Shown here piece by piece: positions 27,063 through 40,354 of a stretch of DNA of 64,000 bases (the stretch's first letter is position 1; the number at the start of each line of letters is the position of its first letter). Both the position numbers and the translations under genes were made by a program. The stretch spans positions 17,112,001 to 17,176,000 of the forward strand of contig JAQFVV010000004.1 in assembly GCA_028023455.1 (NCBI GenBank), in the 5' to 3' direction. This DNA is from Epiperipatus broadwayi (taxonomy: Eukaryota > Animalia > Onychophora). The notes under the pieces are model-generated. The model was not told the origin of the DNA. It did not search any database and was given only the letters and a program-made list of their open reading frames with translations.

Positions 27063-29415
27063 TTAATCCACCATAACACTTACTTGATTAGGGTTTTTTT
27101 TCTCGGAACCAAAAATTTCCACCAGAGGGCGATGGTCTTATAAATCTTAAATTTCTGCCCATAAACATATTGGTGGAATTTCTTAATAGCAAATATGACA
27201 GCAATTCTTTTCAGCTAATGTAAGGACTCTCAAGACATGCAATCAAACATTCACTTCCAAAACATGGATGAAAAATAATAGCTCCTTATTCTGATGCATC
27301 TGTCATTATAATCACATCCAAATCGCTCCTATAATGGACCAATAAACTTTCTGAAGTTAACATCTCTTTTGCAGTACTAAAAGCCAATTCATGCTCACTA
27401 TTCTAGGTCCAACATTTGTTTCTTTTTAAGAAGTTGATATAATGGAGATCGTAGAAATTTAAAAATCCTAAAAAAGCTTGCAACTCTTTCATATTTCTAG
27501 GTTTAACAGTGTTCTTAATAAATAGCCTTAACTTTACTTTGATCTGGAAATCATGCCTGAGTATTTGTAATATGTCCAAGAAATTTTATCTCTTTTTGTG
27601 GACCAAATACATTTGCTAACATTTATTTTTGCTTTTGGCTTGGCTAATTTAGAGCAGACTAAATCTACCTGTTTTTCCAACTCAAATTCCATAGCACCCA
27701 TAATCAAAATGTCATCCAGATAAGGAATTATCCCATCCATGGATCTAAATAACATAACTACTTTATCCTGGAAAACATTAAGGGCAATTCATATACCACA
27801 AGGTAATTTGTTACATTTAAATAATCCCTTATGTGTAGTCAATGTTAACAACTCAGCTGTATTTTCAGTTACAGGTATCTGGTGAAAAGCTGCTTTCAGA
27901 TCTATCTTCGCATAATAATTAACCTTCTGTAACAACACCAATACTTCTTTGGAGATTTCTTATCAGATATGACTGTCTTTATATATTTATTGATGATAAT
28001 CATATAATCACCATATAAGCACAGAGTTCCATCTGATTTAATTATTGTAACTATCAACATGGCCTATGATGAATTTTCCATCTTTGTTAAGACTCCTTTA
28101 GCAACTAGCTCATTTAAAGTTTTTTTCACTTTATCTCTTAAAGCAAATGGCACTTTCCGAGGTTTGCATATAATCAGTTGCACATTATTTATTAATTCCA
28201 CATTTCCTGGTCTCGTTTTTAATTCTGTTAATCCAGGTTTGAATAGTTCCAGATAACTTCTTTTCATAAGGGTTTCCATGTGAACCATCTTTAATATATT
28301 CACTCTTACATCCAAAGGTCCAAACTAATTTCTACCCAGTAACGGGCTTATATCTTTATTTACTATATGCAATACAAGAGATCTCCGCCTAGAGTTCAAC
28401 TTTACTGGAACTATTACTTTGCCATGAATATCAACTTTATTTCTGTTTATATCAGTTACAATCTCATCTGTCTTTTTTAATACAAATTTCTTTTTATGAC
28501 CTTCACTAATCTGCATCCAATTTTCGTATGACATTAAGGACGGACCTGCTTAGCTTTTAACTTCCAATTTTTACCCATTTATCACAGATTCATACTTCAA
28601 AAGTATATGATCCATTGTTTTGTTATTTATATTCTCTATTACACTTCTCCCCCGAATTTGTAATTCGTTTTTTTCTTAAGTGCTTCTCGATCTTCAAAAC
28701 AACAAATGATATCTAAATGACCTCTAGTGTCACAAATTCTGCCTATTTTTTCCTTATGTTATTATAGTTCATTTTTACATGTCCGGCTTTCCCACAACTA
28801 TAACACATTTGTGATTTTTTTCTTATGTGCATCAGAAATTCAAACACCTCCTTTAGATTTTTCTTTGGTAAACAAAATTCGTTCAACGACTGAGACACTG
28901 TAAATTCCGAAGCATTATTCAACAGTCTCCTGAGCTACATTCTTCTCTATGACTACTTTATAGGTTAAATCTAGATCACTTAGTAACACTTTTCTGAAAT
29001 TATCATCGAACATACTATATAAAAATTGTTTCAGCAAGGAATCATTTATCTGTTTTCAAAATCACAATCTCTGGCCAGTCACCGTAAGGCTAAATCATAA
29101 CTCATTTTTCCTGTAACAACTTTTTTCTACTTTGTAGTCTAAGCTGCGCTACACATTTTGAAAGTTTCAGAGCAAAATAAGCATTTAGAATTTGTACATG
29201 TCCTCTGGGCACTTCGGGTATCCAAGAGTCTTTTAAGCTGTTTTACTTTCTGTCCCATAAAATAGAGAAGTGTGAAAACTTTAAGATGATCTTCCTCTAC
29301 CTTGTTGATACAATACTCAGAATGTGATAATATAGCTTTTCTAAGAGCCAGCATTATTACTGCCATCATTTTCAAATTTTCGTTTTTCACCATATCATTG
29401 TCAAATGCATCATTC

Positions 29416-29901
29416 TGCTATGTCTGAGGGTTATATATAATCAATCAGACTGCGAATAAAATTTAACATGAATACAACTTTATTAGTTACTTATTTATTT
29501 ATTAACAAGCTAATAAGGATATATATTAAAATATAAATTAGATCTTAGTCCAAAAAACAGTAACATGAAGAACAACTCGTTGAATACACATATTAATTGA
29601 CACAGTGTATATCTTTCTTTCTGGAAATAAAACAATATTAACATTTTTATGCCTTGCTGCAGTTAGCACAATTTAGGAATAGTTTCCTTTTCCATTATTC
29701 ATTGACTGCTATGACTACAGTTTCACTGGAGACTTCTACTTTCTCTCTCTACTGCAGTGTCTTCACTAAAACTTTCTTTTATACATGCAAATGAGAGTAT
29801 TTGCAGTGCTCTCTAACATTCTAATTTTAGAGTAATTCAGCACAGATTAGGAGAGACTAATTGTTAAAAAAGCAGAGATATATTAGAAATCTAATTAGAC
29901 A
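29416..29901 (-). repeat. 5' LTR of the Gypsy element
   Basis: Begins TGT on the minus strand at 29901. The inner boundary is uncertain by about 5 bp. Confidence 0.8.
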
Positions 29902-30649
29902 TTCCATATATCAATCAGTCAATTAATAGCTGCTTCTTAGTGCATTATCTAGAAGTACCTGAGTATATATGTAATAGGTATAAAGAGATATAAATGTATT
30001 TAACTGTAAGTAATCCCAATGGTGATGGGATCTAAAGTACAAATATCAAAAGTATAAATTCCAATAATTGGAAAGAAGGCGAAGAGAATGTGCTAGGTTA
30101 GCCATTCTGAGTAACTTATCATGACTAAATTAATTCAGCATGTATAGTCTCATTTTCAACTGGTAATATGGATTACTATTCAGCACTTCTTGGTTAAGCT
30201 GAATGGAAACATTAATATGTTCTTATCAGTTTTTGGAGTTATATCCAACTAGGTTAATAAAGCATATAGATTTTTGGCACTAAGATGGAATATGTAGACA
30301 GTACAATTTAATAAACCAATAATAATATAGAAAATCCATCAAAATAAAATCTAAACAACAAACATATTTATTAGTTATAATTAACTTCATAAAAATTTAA
30401 TTATAGCGTTTAATAATATTAACAATTGTCAAATGAATAGTCCTTCAAGTTTGGACAGGATTAATTGATTGTTATGTAATTTTAAAATTTCCCTTTCTTA
30501 ACTTTTAAAATAATAATCTCATTTGAAAATATGCTCTTGAAAATTGAGCATAATTGACATATAATGATTTATTATAATTAACGATAATTATTACATAATT
30601 AAGACAAGTTAAATATTCATATAAGTAATTAAATTAATATTCTGTATAA

Positions 30650-31075
30650 GCTTACACACACCTGCACATATATAATGTAATATATAAGGGATTCGAACTC
30701 AGACTTTCACATGACCCTCAACTCTCCACGCCATCTCATATTGCTAACCCACCTGATCATACACATGTTGAAATGATAAATAATCACCAATATATGTATT
30801 TCATGTTAAACCAGAAATCATCAGTTGGTCCAGATTACTATCTCCACACATATACAATCAGTGTTCAGCTTTATATTAAGATAGCCAATCTTCATACTTT
30901 AATGGACAGGCTTCAAACTACTCCAAACAACTCTTTAGCCATCCATTTCATTGAAAATCTGATGATGGAATGTTCAAAGCCCTCATTAGTGCCAAGGTTG
31001 TTATCCTACCCATGGTGACCATTTAGTCATTCTGACCCCTCGTGTACTGGAGAACAATCCATTTACATACATAAA
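30650..31075 (-). mobile_element. Family A single-arm copy
   Basis: Aligns to the arms of the palindromes. Degenerate hammerhead at 30786-30829 (helix II broken). No second arm seen. Confidence 0.8.
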
Positions 31076-31886
31076 TGATGGCTATAAATGAATTTGAAAA
31101 TTATAATTATTGTTCATATAAATTTAGCTATCTAATTCCACCAATTCTATTAACAAAGTATATTCATTGTAAATTTTCAATAAACATTCATTCTAAATAT
31201 TTTCCAGAGTTATATGACAGCATGAATTAAACCTTTTGCCAGACAAATAAAGAGCTGTCAATCCTTGGCAACTGCACAATAATGAGGACAACTATTCTTT
31301 CAAAATCCATCGGAAACTGATCTAATCATTTCCAATTCTCTAACTGGTCATAATTATAATATAGCAGTCAATTTTAAAAAAAATTTAGAACATCTTAGCT
31401 GGATGTTCCTCAAATAGTAATAAGACACTATAAATTATGCAACTTTGATAATCTCTCTATTCAAATTCAATTCAAAACTGCAAATATAATTCATATCAAT
31501 ACTTATGCGCTTATAACGCTCGTTTAAAGAAGTTATATGTTATTAAATTTATTTAAAGCTTAGCGCTTTCAAAGCTCTATGGCTTCATAATCATAGCTTG
31601 AAGTTTTTTTTTTTGTATAAGCCTACATACTGAAAATAATTTATTTTTTAAAAATATTTTTCTTTATAATTGTTTTCTGTTTTCAAATTCCTTAATTGGT
31701 CCATTACCTATCACATTGTGATTTATTCAAAGCTATTTATATAGTCTTCCTTTTTAATTAATTAGTTTAAGAGAATTTACATAAAAAAATATAATTAAAA
31801 ATCATAAAATAATTTGTTTTTTATCTTTCAAAATAATTACATTATTTAAATAAATAATATTTATTTTCAAAGCGCAGATGATTTGA

Positions 31887-31989
31887 AATTAACTTACGAG
31901 AGTGCAAGTCTCTCAGCGCTTGTGATAGATCTGATTGGCTATTAATAATCACAAGTGCTGAGAGACTTGCACTCTCTCGTAAGTTAATT
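31887..31989. repeat. Small MITE-like hairpin (~40-bp arms, 21-nt loop)
   Basis: aattaacttacgagagtgcaagtctctcagcgcttgtgat pairs with atcacaagtgctgagagacttgcactctctcgtaagttaatt. Confidence 0.8.
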
Positions 31990-33625
31990 ATTTAAATAAA
32001 TATTTTAATTCTCTAACTTTAAATACTTATATTTTCTTAGTTTTTTTACAAATTCTTTTTGCTATTATATTTTTCTAAAATTTATTTGGTAGACACACTT
32101 ACATTGTCACGATATTGTAATGGACAGTTACCGACCCCAGGAAGAATATGGGATCTTTTAACAGCCATTTTTTACTTAATGGAACTTAATAATATACTAG
32201 GATAGGAAGGGCATCATTTACACTTAAATTATACTCTGGCTGTCATTTAACTACTATTTATATTTTATTTATTTACAACTTTACTCTTTTCTTATATTTT
32301 ATGGGACAATCTGATAAAGTCATCATCATGTGATCTGACTTGTGACACCACTTCAACAATCCAGACCTCCAAACTTCCCAGATCTTGAGAAATAAAATTA
32401 ATTATATCTATAATTTTAAAAACGGTGTCATGTGACTATTTGGATTTTTTTTTAATTACACAGATTATTGATGATGGCCACCCCCTTTTATCAATCTAAA
32501 ATTCATCAGGTCAAACAATATCTTTCTAGGATAATGAATTATTCACATCTAAGCATCATTTTAAATTAAGAAATATTATTTGAGCCAAAGAGCATTTTAT
32601 AGATATACCTCCTTCGGTGGTTGCTTTCATCCATCCCAGTAGCTTAGAAAATAAATTCAGAAAAATTAATGTTAGATTTAATTAATGATAAAAATAATAA
32701 ATATTGTAAGGTTTTACAGTAGAAAATATTAATAATTAAATAAAGTTTCATCTTATCAAAATTAATTAGACCAGTCTTTAAAATCATGACTTCGTGTTTA
32801 TGAAAATTTTATTGTCATAAATACATAGTGAGAATGTTAATTATTATTGTTCTTGAATCTTCATGACAAACAGAGGAGTAGTTCTTGTTATTATAGGATA
32901 ATGGATAGCTCTTATGAGTTAAGCCATCTTCTCTTTCATCACTCCAGAGGCAATAGGTGATCATCTTCTAAAGAGAATTGGATGTTCCAGAGTACAGACT
33001 CGCACTTATCGGGGTTTTAACAGCGCATTCTTTCTGATTTCATTTTTTTTTTTAACGAATTTGGTTATCTATTATTGCTGGCAAGGAACAAGTACTAACA
33101 TTGGCTTCAATTCTGATGATCTTCAATCTCTCTGCTAACAGTTCTTCAGCTATATTGGCTCCCAGGTTGACATCTGCAATGTGTCCAATACTGTCATTAA
33201 CTAAGCAGGAAAAAGAGCAGGATCAAGAGTGACTTTGTTTGATTGCCTATTTATATCCCTCGTAACAAAAAATCACCGCCTTTCCAATTACAATTTTAGT
33301 TAATAGTTTAATCTTATTATTTTCTTTCTTTTTTATTAAATCTGGGAAAAAAAATTTTTTTTTCAAATCGCTAATAAATTCTTTCTCTTATACAATATAA
33401 GCAAATTACAAGAAATAGAATCTAAATTAAATTTAAAAAAAAAACATTTTGATCAAGCATTATAAATATCCAAATAATTCCACATTTGCCTTTTTGGTTA
33501 TCTAAAATATTTTTATAAACAAAAGAAAATAAGATAATGTACATTCTTCTTCCTTATCTTTAAATAATGTAAATTAATGAAATGATTACTTAATTACAAT
33601 AGAAATAAAATTTTATTCTTTTTAC

Positions 33626-35336
33626 GGTTGTTTTCTCATCCCTGGTGTTCGCCACAGGATGGTGTTGATGCTAATCAAAAACATATACATATAACGATTC
33701 CGGGCCGGACCTAAATCTAAATGATCGATTTGATCTAAAAAGATCTGATTTCTTAGATTTGTAATAAAATATTCTATTAACTAATACGATTATATGATGT
33801 TAGTTTTTTCATTTTTGTAAATGTTTATTAATCTTATATTGTTTTTGAGTTTGTGTGTGTGTGTCTTTAAAGTTACGGTGTTTTTCTAATTTTTTTTTTT
33901 TTGACTTTATGTGTGTCTTTTTAAAGTTACGGTCTTTTTTTTTGCAAGAGTAAATCAATAATTTTATTCAAAAGCAAGACGTAATAAGTAAATGTTTATT
34001 AATCTTAGATTGTTTTTTAGTTTGTGTGTGTGTCTTTAAAGTTACGGGGCTTTTTCTCATTTTTTTTTTTTTTTGGACTTTATGTGTGTCTTTTTTTAAA
34101 GTTACGGTATTTTTGGTCAAGAGTAAATCAATCATTTTATTAAAAAAGCAATACGTAATTCTAAATCTATCAAAAGTAACATCATTTATATACTACAATT
34201 TAGAATTGATACCCGACTACTATTAGTAAGGACCGTCATTGAAAGACTCAATTGAAAAATGATACCCGACTAATTTCCGTTTTCTTTTTTTTGGGGACAG
34301 TAATGAATCAGAAAGTGGGTTGTTTTTGTTAAGTCTGTCTATATAAAAAGGGTACCGTTATTGAAATACTAAATTTAAAAATGATAGCCGACTAATTTGC
34401 ATTTCTTTTGACAGTAATTAATCAGAAAGTGGGTTTCTTTTTTTTTTTTTTGGTAAATCTTGTGTATATATATATATAAAAAAAAAAAAAAACGTAATTC
34501 AAATACTCCATTGAAAAAAATCAAACCCCGTTGAATTTGCTTTCTTTTTTTTTTTTTTAAGACAGTAATTAATCAGGAACTGGGTTGTTTTTGTTAGTGT
34601 GTAGATATAAAAACTAATCTTATTTTGAAATAATAAATGTCAAAAAAAAATAATAATAATAACCAACTAATTTTCTTTTTTGGACAAGTAATTCCTAATA
34701 ATTAGACACTGGGTTGTTTTTATTTGTGCATATATATATAGCAAAAGTAACTGGTCACGGACGAATTCTCGCGAAAACGGTACTTTTCGCGTGATCCTTG
34801 AAATTTTTTTCCGTTCCGCACCCTTAAAAGCAATTTTTGAGGGTTACCCATTCGTAATGGAATCTTCAGGACATTATTACTAAACTTACAACAGTAAAGT
34901 AAGTTACAACACATTAAAAAAAATAGACATCTTATCAAATTTTAAAAAACTATGACTGCTTCAAATACACACACTCTCACACGAAACTACAGAGAAAATA
35001 GATATTCTACTATTACGAGAAAATGATGAACAAAATCAACTACTATGGCAGCCAATAAAGGCATTTCTTTCTCTTTGCTTTTAGCATAGAAAAAAACCAT
35101 AACCGGCAGCCGTCGGGAACTCTTTCTGTGTTTTATCATAGAAAGAAGTCTCTTATGTGTTGGCTTCTGTCGCCACCCCCGCCTCCATCCAATATAATGT
35201 GAGGACTCTTTTCTGCATTTATAATGTAGAAAAACTCCTCTTTTGTTGGGTGAATGCCGGTGAAACGGTATATTTCTAGGAATTGACCTAGAAATAGCGA
35301 CATCTCGAGGCGAAGACCAGGGATGAGAAAACAGCC
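33626..35336 (+). mobile_element. Non-autonomous Merlin-type TIR element, copy 1
   Basis: TIR GGTTGTTTTCTCATCCCTGGT / ACCAGGGATGAGAAAACAGCC with a perfect 8-bp TSD CTTTTTAC (33618-33625, 35337-35344). Internal ~170-bp tandem duplication. No transposase ORF. Confidence 0.88.
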
Positions 35337-36363
35337 CTTTTTACTTAGTAAATTATAAAAGTTATATTTTTTGACATAGAAATATATTTAAACATATACA
35401 GTTATCATATTTCAGACTAGAAATTGTAATCGTCAGCAGGCACTTCAATATCCGTCATCAGAGGGCACTACTAGACCTCTAACCCTAAAATTTATGGTTT
35501 AATGGTAAGAATACCAAATATAAATACCTACCCAAGCCGTACCATCACTCAGATATCTAAAATCACCTCTAGATCATGGCGAGCAGATTCTTAGCAATTG
35601 AAAGAGCAGACAACAGTAGACAGATCTAACAATCAACAAAACAATATTTACTAACAATTTAACAAAGCATAATATACAGTTTCATTGTAGGATTTAAATA
35701 CCACTTATTTCATTATGACAGAGTTTGAATATTAATTAACCCCGTTCATGTAAACATATAGTATATTTGATAGCTGATAGTTTAAATATTACACTTCTTC
35801 CAAAAAATTTAAGTAGTCCCTGAAGTTTGTTAATGAATTGACAATTTATCCAGATGTATACACATATAAATTTAACATTTATGTTAAACAATCGATAATA
35901 AATTAGCCCTAATCTATTATACATGCTCATATATGCAGCTTACTACAAAAATTAAGCTTATATGATGTGATTGAATCCAACTACTAAAATATACAACAAT
36001 AATTAGACCTCTTAAGCACCCATTTTAGGAAGCAAACATATATATATAATCATGGGAAGGAATGTCTCTTTACCTAATGCAAAACAATCATTAACCTGCT
36101 GGTATCTCAAGCAGGAATAATAAAATCATGGGGGTCAAAGCATATAATAATAAATTCATAAGATGGATAAATATTCAGGATCATCATATACAATGCACAT
36201 ATATCAATTCCTTTAATTTCAGATGTGATGCAAACAGAGTAAACAAGTAAAACTGCTAATCAATTTAATCCTCTTATTAAGAATTTATATAGTTATTTGC
36301 ACCATAAAGCATACACATATATTAATGATTTTAAAATCTTCAGACACAATAAATTTTTTTTTC

Positions 36364-37828
36364 GGTTGTTTCCTCATCCCTGGTGTTAGCCTCAAGATGT
36401 CGCTATTTCTAGGTCAATTCCTAGAAATATACTGTTTCACCGGCATTCACACAACAAAAGAGGAAATTTTCGATGTTATAAACGCAGAAAAGAGTCCTCA
36501 CGTTATGTTGGATGGAGGCGGCGACAGAAGCCAATACAAAGAGACTTCTTTCTATGATAAAACACAGAAAGAATTCCCGACGGCTGCCAGTTATGTCTTT
36601 TTTTTCCTATGCTAAAAGTAAAGAGAAAGAAATGCCTTTATTGGCTGTGGAGTAGTTGATTTTGTTCATCATTTTCTCGTAATAGTAGAATATCTATTTT
36701 CTCTGTAGTTTCGCGTGAGAGTGTATTTGAAGCAGTCATAGTTTTTTTAAAATTTGATAAGACGTATATTTTTTTTCATGTGTTGTAACTTACTTTACTG
36801 TTGTAAGTTTGGTAATAATGTCCTGAAGATTCCATTATGAATGGGTAACCTTCAAAAATTGCTTTTACAGGTGTGGAACGGAAAAAATTTCAAGGATCAC
36901 GCAAAAAGTACCGTTTTTGTGAGAATTCATCTGTGACCAGTTATTTTTATACCCACAAACAAAAACAACCCAGTGTCTAATTATTAGTAATTATTTGTCC
37001 AAAAAAGAAAATTAGTCAGGTATTACTTTTTTTTTTTTAACATTTATTATTTCAAAATAAGATTAGTTTTTATATCTACACACTAACAAAAACAACCCAG
37101 TTCCTGATTAATTACTGTCTTAAAAAAAAAAAAAAAAAGCAAATTCAATGGGGTTTGATTTTTCAATGGAGTATTTGAATTACGGGGGTTTTGTTTTTAT
37201 ATATACACAAGATTTACCAAAAAAGAAACCCACTTTCTGATTAATTACTGTCAAAAGAAATGCAACTTAGTTGGCTATCATTTTTAAATTTAGTATTTCA
37301 ATAATGGTACCCTTTTTATATAGACAGACTTAACAAAAACAACCCACTTTCTGATTCATTACTGTCCCCCAAAAAAGAAAGCAAATTAGTCGGGTATCAT
37401 TTTTCAATTGAGTCTTTCAATGACGGCCCTTACTAATAGTAGTCGGGTATCAATTCTAAATTGTAGTTATATAAATTACATTGCTTTTGATAGATTTAGA
37501 ATTACATATTGCTTTTTAATAAAATGATTGATTTACTCTTGACAAAAAATACCGTAACTTTTAAAACAAACACACATAAAGTCAAAAAAAAAATGAGAAA
37601 AACACTGTAACTTTAAAGACACACACACAAACTCAAAAACAATATAAGATTAATAAACATTTACAAAAAAATGAAAAATTAACATCATATAATAGCAGTA
37701 GTTAGTAGAATATTTTATTACAAATCTAAGAAATTAGATCTTTTTATATCAAATCGATCATTATATGTGTATGTTTTTGATTAGCATCAACGCCACCCAC
37801 GGCGAACACCAGGGATGAGAAAACAACC
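36364..37828 (-). mobile_element. Same non-autonomous element, copy 2, in the opposite orientation
   Basis: Reverse complement of copy 1, with its own 8-bp TSD TTTTTTTC (36356-36363, 37829-37836). Confidence 0.88.
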
Positions 37829-40354
37829 TTTTTTTCTAACAAAAACTTTTTTCTTTCAAAAAACCTTTTTATGAGGATTAAACTTTAAACAAACTAGATT
37901 AATTACCATGAAATATCAGATACACTAAGAATTAAACATAAACATTAATAAAAAAAATAGTTTATAAAACATAAATGTATAAATATAAAATTGCATCCTT
38001 TAACGTGTCTGTTACTGACTATTGGTAATATCTTTTAAAATAATTCATAAGTAGCAGTTTACTAAAGTCCCAGAGAAAAGATGTTTAAAGGGAGTTTTCA
38101 TAAAAAACTGAATTTTGTAGATGTACATACATGCAAATGGAGATAATAGTTTCTGTATCTTCATTTACTGGTTTTGTTAACCTTGTAGAGAGAGTTTGTC
38201 CTGGTATTTTTCTTTAATATTGAGAAGTGTATATTTTGAACTACATCTTTGACAGTGATTAGCACTTTGTTGGTTTCTCAGCAAGTAAAGTTGAACATCT
38301 GATAGCTATAGGCTACATACTGCAGTGTGGCATTTTAGCTACTCATGGCTTTTAACATTACTACTGGTAAAAGTTCTGGATGCAAGATGAAGCAGACTTG
38401 ATGATAAATAAAAACAGAATGAATCATAATTTTGAACTGGTCTTTGTATAGCATTAAATTTTTAATTAACAAGCCTTCTCATTTACTAAGAATTTTTAAT
38501 TAACAAAGCTACTCATTTACTTACAAAGAATTTTTAATTAACAAAGCCAGTAATTTGCTATTTCCACTTTCTTGATTTAATTAGATAAATCCTTATATTA
38601 ACAGATATTAAAACCAGGAGCAAGGCTTAATAAAAATAAAAAAAAAGATTTTCTAAGTGTTTTAATTGATAAAACAAATTAAATAATTGAGAATTGATAA
38701 AAATTTTATAGATTATGATTTCCTGTGATATAAATTTTAAACAGATTTGAAAAAATTTTAGTTACAAAGTTTCCCTTTTTTACAAACTAAAATAATATTG
38801 TCTAAGCTTAATTATAAACTCAGACCTATATCAATTTGCATGATATAATGCAAGCATATAAAAAAATCTTAACAGCTGACATTAAGCTTGTGCTTTGCTA
38901 GCTATAAAATATTTTCAAATATCTTAGATTTTGAGATAGAAAGTTCTATCAAGCATTGTAAGTATAATAAATCCAAATAATTCTACATTTTCTTTTTTAG
39001 TTATCTAAATTATTTTTATAAACAAAAGGAGATATATTCTTCATCCTTATCATTAAATAATGTAAATTAATGAAATAATTATTTTAATTACAATAGAAAT
39101 AAAATTTCATATTATTTTTTTGCTTAGTAAATTATAAAACAGCTGCATTTATTTGACATAGAAATATATTTAAACAAATACAATTACCATATTTCAGACT
39201 AGAAATATTATTTTAATCATTAAAATTTTTATTTTTATACTATTATATATTTGCCTATATTTAACAATTCTGTTGCTTACTATCTTAAATTTAGCATGCC
39301 GATCCTCTCTCATCTTACACCTAGCACTTGCACTACCTTTCCTTCTAAGGTTATCCTATCATCCTGGTGAATACTATTTGCCTGCTTTCTGACAAATTAG
39401 TTTTATATACTACTCTATCTTCTCTGAATTCTACCTATTTTTTTATTTATTTAGATTAACCTAGTGATATATATGTATACTATAGATTAACATAGTGATA
39501 TACGTATATATACTATCACTAAAAAAAAAAATTAATTGTACAGTATAAGTTAACATTAATAACAAAACAAATTATTTACAAGATTTAACATTTAATAGGT
39601 GTCTGATAATAAATTAAATAAAGCTTCATCTCACCAAAATTAATTAGACCAGTTTTTAAAATCATGGCACCATGATTATGAAAATTTTATTGTTATAAAT
39701 GCATATAGTGAAAATGTTGATTATTTGTTTTTGAGTCTTCATGACAGTAGAATATTTCTTGTTATGATAGGATAATGGATAAATATTATGAGTTAGCCAT
39801 CTTCTCTTCCATCACTCCGGAGGCAACAGGTGATCATCAACAGGAGAGTTACATGTTCCAGAGTATGGACTGGCACATATCAGCATTTTAACAGTGCATT
39901 CTTTCTGGTTTCATTTTTTAACAGATTTGGTTATCTATTAATTGCTGGCAAGAAACAATTACTAATATTGGCTCCAAATGCTGATGCCTTTAAGTCGCTC
40001 CGCTAAAACAGTTCTTTGGCTATAGTTGATTCCAGGTTGACTTATGCAATGTTTCCAATACTGTGTCATCAGCCAAGCAGAAAAAAGAGCAGGAACAAGA
40101 GAGTGGCTTGTTCAATGTCTATTTATATTCCTCATAACAAAAGAACACAGTCTCTCCCATCACAATTAGTTCAGTCAGTTTTTTTTTTCATTAAATTTCA
40201 ATTTGCTAATAAATTCTCTCTTATACAATATAACCAAATTACAAGAAACAGATTCTAAATTAAATAAATAAAAAAAATTTTTGATCAAGCATTATAAATA
40301 TAATAAATCCAAATAATTCTACATCTGCCTTTTTGGTTATCTAAAATATTTTTA

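Larger units (their letters stand above)
24613..29901 (-). mobile_element. Decayed Ty3/Gypsy LTR retrotransposon, antisense in the BROMI intron
   Basis: Gag zinc-knuckle remnant CYSCGKAGH (~28780-28807), PRKVPFALR, KIDLKAAF, YLDD (27711-27722), RNase H DHRPL...HADTLSQL and a partial integrase zinc finger. Direct LTRs at both ends. No clear TSD. Confidence 0.9.

Noticed and set aside
32106-32346. Possible solo LTR (TGTCAC...GTGACA)
   Set aside because: No TSD and no second copy in the window.
40030-40080. Minus-strand CTGATGA...GAAAC...GTC resembling a hammerhead
   Set aside because: Helix II is only 2 bp, helix I does not pair, and the motif is absent in the paralogue at ~33190.
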